Both the position numbers and the translations under genes were made by a program. The notes below the pieces were generated by a model. That model ran no database searches. It saw only the letters and a program-made list of their open reading frames with translations, and had not been told where the DNA came from. 64,000 bases of DNA from NCBI GenBank assembly GCA_905178155.1, contig CAJINV010000027.1, positions 247,697 through 311,696 of the forward strand, read 5' to 3'. The DNA comes from Amoebophrya sp. A120. Taxonomy: Eukaryota; Protista; Dinoflagellata. This document shows, piece after piece, positions 59,579-64,000 of this stretch; positions within the stretch are counted from its first letter, which is position 1; each line of letters opens with the position of its first letter.

Positions 59579-60242
59579 ATGCGAACCTTCATTCGGGCTG
59601 CCGGGGTAGCCTATGCTACCGTCCGATTTGCGGCTGCGTCGATGAATTGTGACGACGAGTTTGAGCCCTACTGTATGAAAGATTTGCCGCAGGGGTACAC
59701 TAATCTGGATCTCGGCAAATGCTTTCGCAACATCCCGGCGGATAAACGCTCGGAAGGTTGCAACAAGTGGTATAATTTATACTAAGCTGTTTTCTGCAGG
59801 TTTGATAATAGAAAACTTCAGCTGTTGTTCGAACTTTCGCACCAATGTCTCTTTACTATGCACAAAGCCGCGGGAGGCGCCATGGTAAATCCTAGACAGA
59901 ACAAACGACAGGGTCACGTTCCACGAACAGTGCAAGGAGGAATTCGCGGGTGAACGCTGCATGGGCTCCGCCTGGACCCCGGATGCGGAGATCTGTGTGA
60001 AATCCTGGACCCCGCGGAACGAGATCACGGCACCGTGCGGGGAGATGTTGCCGCCGGAGGAGAAGAACGAGGAGGCGGAGCTTTCCCCCGCCGCCAAGAA
60101 ACGCAAGGAAGAGCGCCGCAAAATCCGCGAGGAGGCGGCCGCCCGGATGCGCGATGAGCAATCCGGCGGTAGTAAGAAGACCAAAAAGAAGAAGGGCAGC
60201 AAGAAGAAGAAGAGCAAGAAGACCGACAAGTCCGAGTTGTAA
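59579..60242 (+). CDS. Small Cys-rich secretory-pathway protein ending in KSEL, two exons
   Basis: Signal-like MRTFIRAAGVAYATVRFAAAS, spaced Cys residues, Lys-rich tail and KSEL*. One intron about 59770-59896. Confidence 0.55.
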
Positions 60243-60803
60243 GTTGTGAACGCACGATCAACTCTGTCTCGGCAAGTTTGCTGTGAAGAACTCGTGGCTC
60301 TTCGGATCTGGTGTGCACCTCTGTGCACCGTTCTGAAGCCGCAACGCTGCGTTGCGAAAGTTATACGGAGTGGACTTTTTTAGAAACTTCGACACGGCAA
60401 CCTCAAACATTTTTTTAATGAATTCTCTCAGGAGATGCTAGTGCAACCTCTCAGCAACCTCGAGCCACGGGAACGAGTTGCGAATAATAACGAACCATTT
60501 TTCAATTGCCGTGCTGAGGTGTTGCGAACCGGAGCACAGCTCGAATCGGCTTCGCTGTGGGTATGCTGTTCTGCTCTGAGTAGTTTCGTGTGTGCTCCTT
60601 CGCAAATGATTTTCTCGTTTCGGACTTTCAACTCTTTCTCCTCTTGCGTTTCTACTTCCTGTTAATCGTTTTAGTTGTGGTGAGAAAAAAAGATCCCAGT
60701 TAATACGTAGTCACCAGTGCGTTCCGACCCTGTCGTTGGGTCTACCCGCACAAGTTTCGTCTAAACGCGGTCTTTTTCTCGAGCCCCGCTCGTGTGTTTC
60801 GTT

Positions 60804-62869
60804 ATGCAAGTGCTACATGCTGCAACCGGGTCTGACTTCTCCACCTGCCTGCACGTCGTGGAAACTCCGGCGGGTGGTGCGTATATCGCGTATGGCACGG
60901 CGTTTGGGAAGATTGCGCTACAACAACTTTCCCGCGGAAAGCAGCTTGCCGAAGGAGGCAGTGGCGAGCGACCCGTTGAAGAGCTGGAGACGGGCAGGGC
61001 GGAACAACATGAACTCCAGAATTACCTGGGGTTCCCTGCAGTTCACGTCTGGATCGACAGTACGGCACCTGCTGCACCACGTACTGGTAGTAATGAGGAT
61101 CCAGAAGCCGTAGCGCCTGGCCTCCGCGTGTGTGCGGTGTTTCAGTACGTCGGGAGCCACCATCTCATTCGGGCATGGGAGCTTTATCCAGGGCGAGTTG
61201 CCGGGACCTCCAGTACCGGGGAGAAGCTGCAGCAGGTACGGACTGCTGTTCAATTTGTACTGCACGCAGCCGATATGCGAGCAATCTCTTTTACGAATGA
61301 TGGGGCGCTGCTACTCCTGAACAACAAATATGTTGGTGCTGAAATCAGAATATGAATATAACAGGTTCCACCTCCTGTGCCAAAGCTCTCCGTTCGACCA
61401 TCAGTAGAAGCTTGGGTCGTGTCCAGCAGCTCGACCTTTCACGTTCGCGAAAGCCGACCGCTCCCGAACGAAATTTATCCTGTTGAAAATATTTTCGATA
61501 TTTGAATTGTCATTAGGAAATTAGAACAGAAAATATGAACTACCCAGAATTCTCTGCCGTGGAGATCGGCTCTGGGATTGAAAATATTTCAACAACATAA
61601 ACGGTTGTACAACCTGTGGTCGCAGCTACCCGAGAATACGACGATTCGAGGAGCCGAGGAAGAAGCGTTTTTCTGTGCCACGAACGGTCACTTGCTGCTC
61701 TACGGGAAGCAGCAGACGCGGGTGATTCGGCTACGAGAACTCTGCACCTTCCTCTTGCCCCCGACATCGTCGGCCGGAGGCGAAGGTGAAGGCCGCGACA
61801 CGAATAGTACAGTAGAAGTGGTCTCGCATATTACAATGAATAATGTCCCCTCCGCATTTCAACACCGGAAATCTGTGCTGCAGATTTGTGGTCACAAATC
61901 CGCTTTGTCATGGTAGAAGGCAAAAGATGCGGACTGTAGTGCTGGCTAGCGTGGGAAAGCCTTGCATCTTCAGCACGACACGAGGCAACTGGAAGTGGGA
62001 AACAGCATGACAAATTACCTGCAATGCAGGCCGCAGCTGCGTCTCTTGGCATTCTAGCAATAGAAATCGGCTTGTGTACTCAAATACAGCAACACAAATT
62101 TCGTTTCCGATATGGGGAGGGGGCATTTTTCCCTTTGATATCGCAGCTTGGCTACACGATTCCGGATTTCTACCCCCTGATCCGCAACGCGAACGAAAAC
62201 TTCAGTGCCTGGCCCCTGCAATTTCACGACGGCGCCGTACTTTTTGTGGAAAAGCGCGGTGAGGATGACGAGCGAACGGAAATTGCAGTTGGCCCACCGG
62301 ACGTCAGAATCCACGTGCTGCCGCTGCACGAGAACGAGTCATGCCCGGCCGGACCAGGAGAAGTCCATCACGAGTACCGTGTGCGCAAGCGCGTTACGGC
62401 GATGGCGCTTGTCGGATCTGGAAGTGCAGATCATGACCAGCCACAGCGGGTTGTCGTTGTCTCCGATTACCGCGAGGTGCAGGTATTCGACCAGGCTGCG
62501 AGCCGAAGCGCAGAGCAGCCAGCTATCGCTCCGCCAGTAATCCGACTGCCCGACGACTTTGTCGCCATGGACACGCAAGGCAGCATGCGAGGGCAACACA
62601 ACGGTCAGGAAATGGTATACCTCCTCACCCGCGGGTGCCGCGTGTTCGAGCTCGATATCAACTCTGCGGCCACTGGATACACGGACTCCAGCAACAACAC
62701 CATGTCCGAGTTTTCTTTCGTCCTGCATCAGGATAGCATCGCTGATACTTCGGGCACACATTTGAAAAGATTGACATTCGATCTGCCATCGCAACTTTTT
62801 TGCACTAAGGAGCTAGCAGTGATCAAGACTGATCAGGGACTCATAGCACTACAGAAAATAACACACTAG
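60804..62869 (+). CDS. Hypothetical beta-propeller (WD40-like) protein, multi-exon
   Basis: ORF pieces 60792-61355, 61578-61916 and 62024-62869 with beta-strand-like blades (YIAYGTAFGKIAL, VTAMALV..VVVSDYREVQVFD), joined across a TIR intron at 61829-62140. Confidence 0.5.
61829..62140. mobile_element. Introner, family B
   Basis: Interior matches 6735-7045, TSD TCGCA. Confidence 0.88.
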
Positions 62870-63206
62870 CGAAGAAGATCTTTAAAGCCCTCAATAAGTG
62901 TGTCCCGTAATGATAAACACACAACGCAGATTGCTTTTCCTTTTCGCGCCGTCCTGGATTTCCAATTTGATCTTATGTTCAGGTTTTCTCCTGTTACAGC
63001 AACATCTTACTTCCTCCACTTTATGACCAGCGACCTTCTGTGAACGTACTACACACAAACTATTTCGGCATACAGACACTATTCATCCCAAACCATGATT
63101 TAGACCGCAGTTATAGCATTCGTAGTTTTTCTTGAAGCCCGCATCTGTCTCTTAGTGAAGTTTCTCTTTCTTTGACAGCATAACTAGCACACATCCCGTC
63201 TTGAAA

Positions 63207-64000
63207 ATGTCAGCGACCGCGAACACTTTTCCAACCAGGCATAAGAAAAAGCCTGGCGCGGCTACGGTGAAGCCCGGTACGCTCGCATTTGCGGGTAGTG
63301 CCTCCAGCGAGCACTATGAATACGACCTGCACAGCGGCATTGTCATTCAGAGGAGTTTGAAAAACATGTATCCTAAGTGAAAATGGCCCCCCCGCGTAGT
63401 CAAGATGACAGCTTTGCTACACAAGCCAAGGACTTTTCGCTGTTGTGCATGGCAACTTTGAGCTTCTTCTAGTGCAGGGGCATGTCAAATCAATCTTCTA
63501 ATGATCTCGATTCGAGAAAAACAAGATCCCAGATAGCGATAGCAAATGTTGCATCAGAAACATTTGTAGAAATGCACGTTTGCATAAATATCAAAGCTGG
63601 GGTAGGAACGTTTTTGCACAGGACTACATGGCGGCCATTCTTATCGAACCGGAGGGAGGAAAGCAGCGAATTTTCATGTTCGACTCCGTGGAGCTTCTTG
63701 ACAAATTCGTCGCCGCATGTACTGCATGTCAAGCTGGCAATAAGAATGCCGAGCAGAAACCGGAGATGCAAGAACCGGCACCGGGTCGTACACCGAGTGG
63801 TGCGGCGAGCAATAGCGAACCAGAACAACCGGGGGAAGACGCGAAGGCGTCATCGAGAATAACGACAGCAGATCAGAAACTACCCCAGCAAGAAGCACCG
63901 CTACAAGAAGAGGACGCGTGGTCCAAGCGGATCGCGGCTTTTCTCGAGGGCGATGAGGACAACGAGTACCTGCAGAAAATTCTAGATGCGCACGGGGCGC
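63207..64000 (+). CDS. Hypothetical protein, runs off the window end
   Basis: ATG 63207. The frame stays open after removing element 63369-63625 plus one ACATG copy (…SLKNM/AAILIEPEGG…). Confidence 0.55.
63369..63625. mobile_element. Introner, family C-like
   Basis: TIR ending GACT, TSD ACATG. Confidence 0.8.

Noticed and set aside
378-62329. Recurrent short ORFs sharing peptides such as KMSGSG, KIPPPHI, WGGGIFP and WVRFYSG
   Set aside because: These are translations of introner TIRs, not a protein family.
1-64000. tRNA, rRNA or dinoflagellate spliced-leader relics
   Set aside because: None recognised by eye. A covariance-model search was not possible.

Overview
Eukaryotic genomic DNA whose architecture matches the parasitic dinoflagellate Amoebophrya (Syndiniales); the organism call is an inference from gene structure. 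I reconstruct about ten protein-coding genes, all on the + strand: MOB kinase activator, GH2 beta-galactosidase-like, VCPIP1-like OTU plus PUB deubiquitinase, epsin-like ENTH protein, multi-EF-hand membrane protein, TMEM69/DUF3429-like, GT34-like glycosyltransferase, a small Cys-rich protein, a beta-propeller-like protein and a hypothetical protein. The genes are broken up by dozens of 150-370 bp MITE-like introner elements. These have TATC...GATA terminal inverted repeats (TIRs), 5-bp target-site duplications (TSDs), several TIR families and a shared TGT(C/G/A)ATGC motif. Most lack GT-AG ends and they occur in both orientations, yet removing element plus one TSD restores conserved proteins. 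Several introners carry nested cargo: a 5'-truncated LINE-like element, two GC-rich tandem arrays and another introner. Most short ORFs in the supplied track are artefacts of these repeats. Gene models were assembled by eye, so splice points within a TSD are ambiguous.
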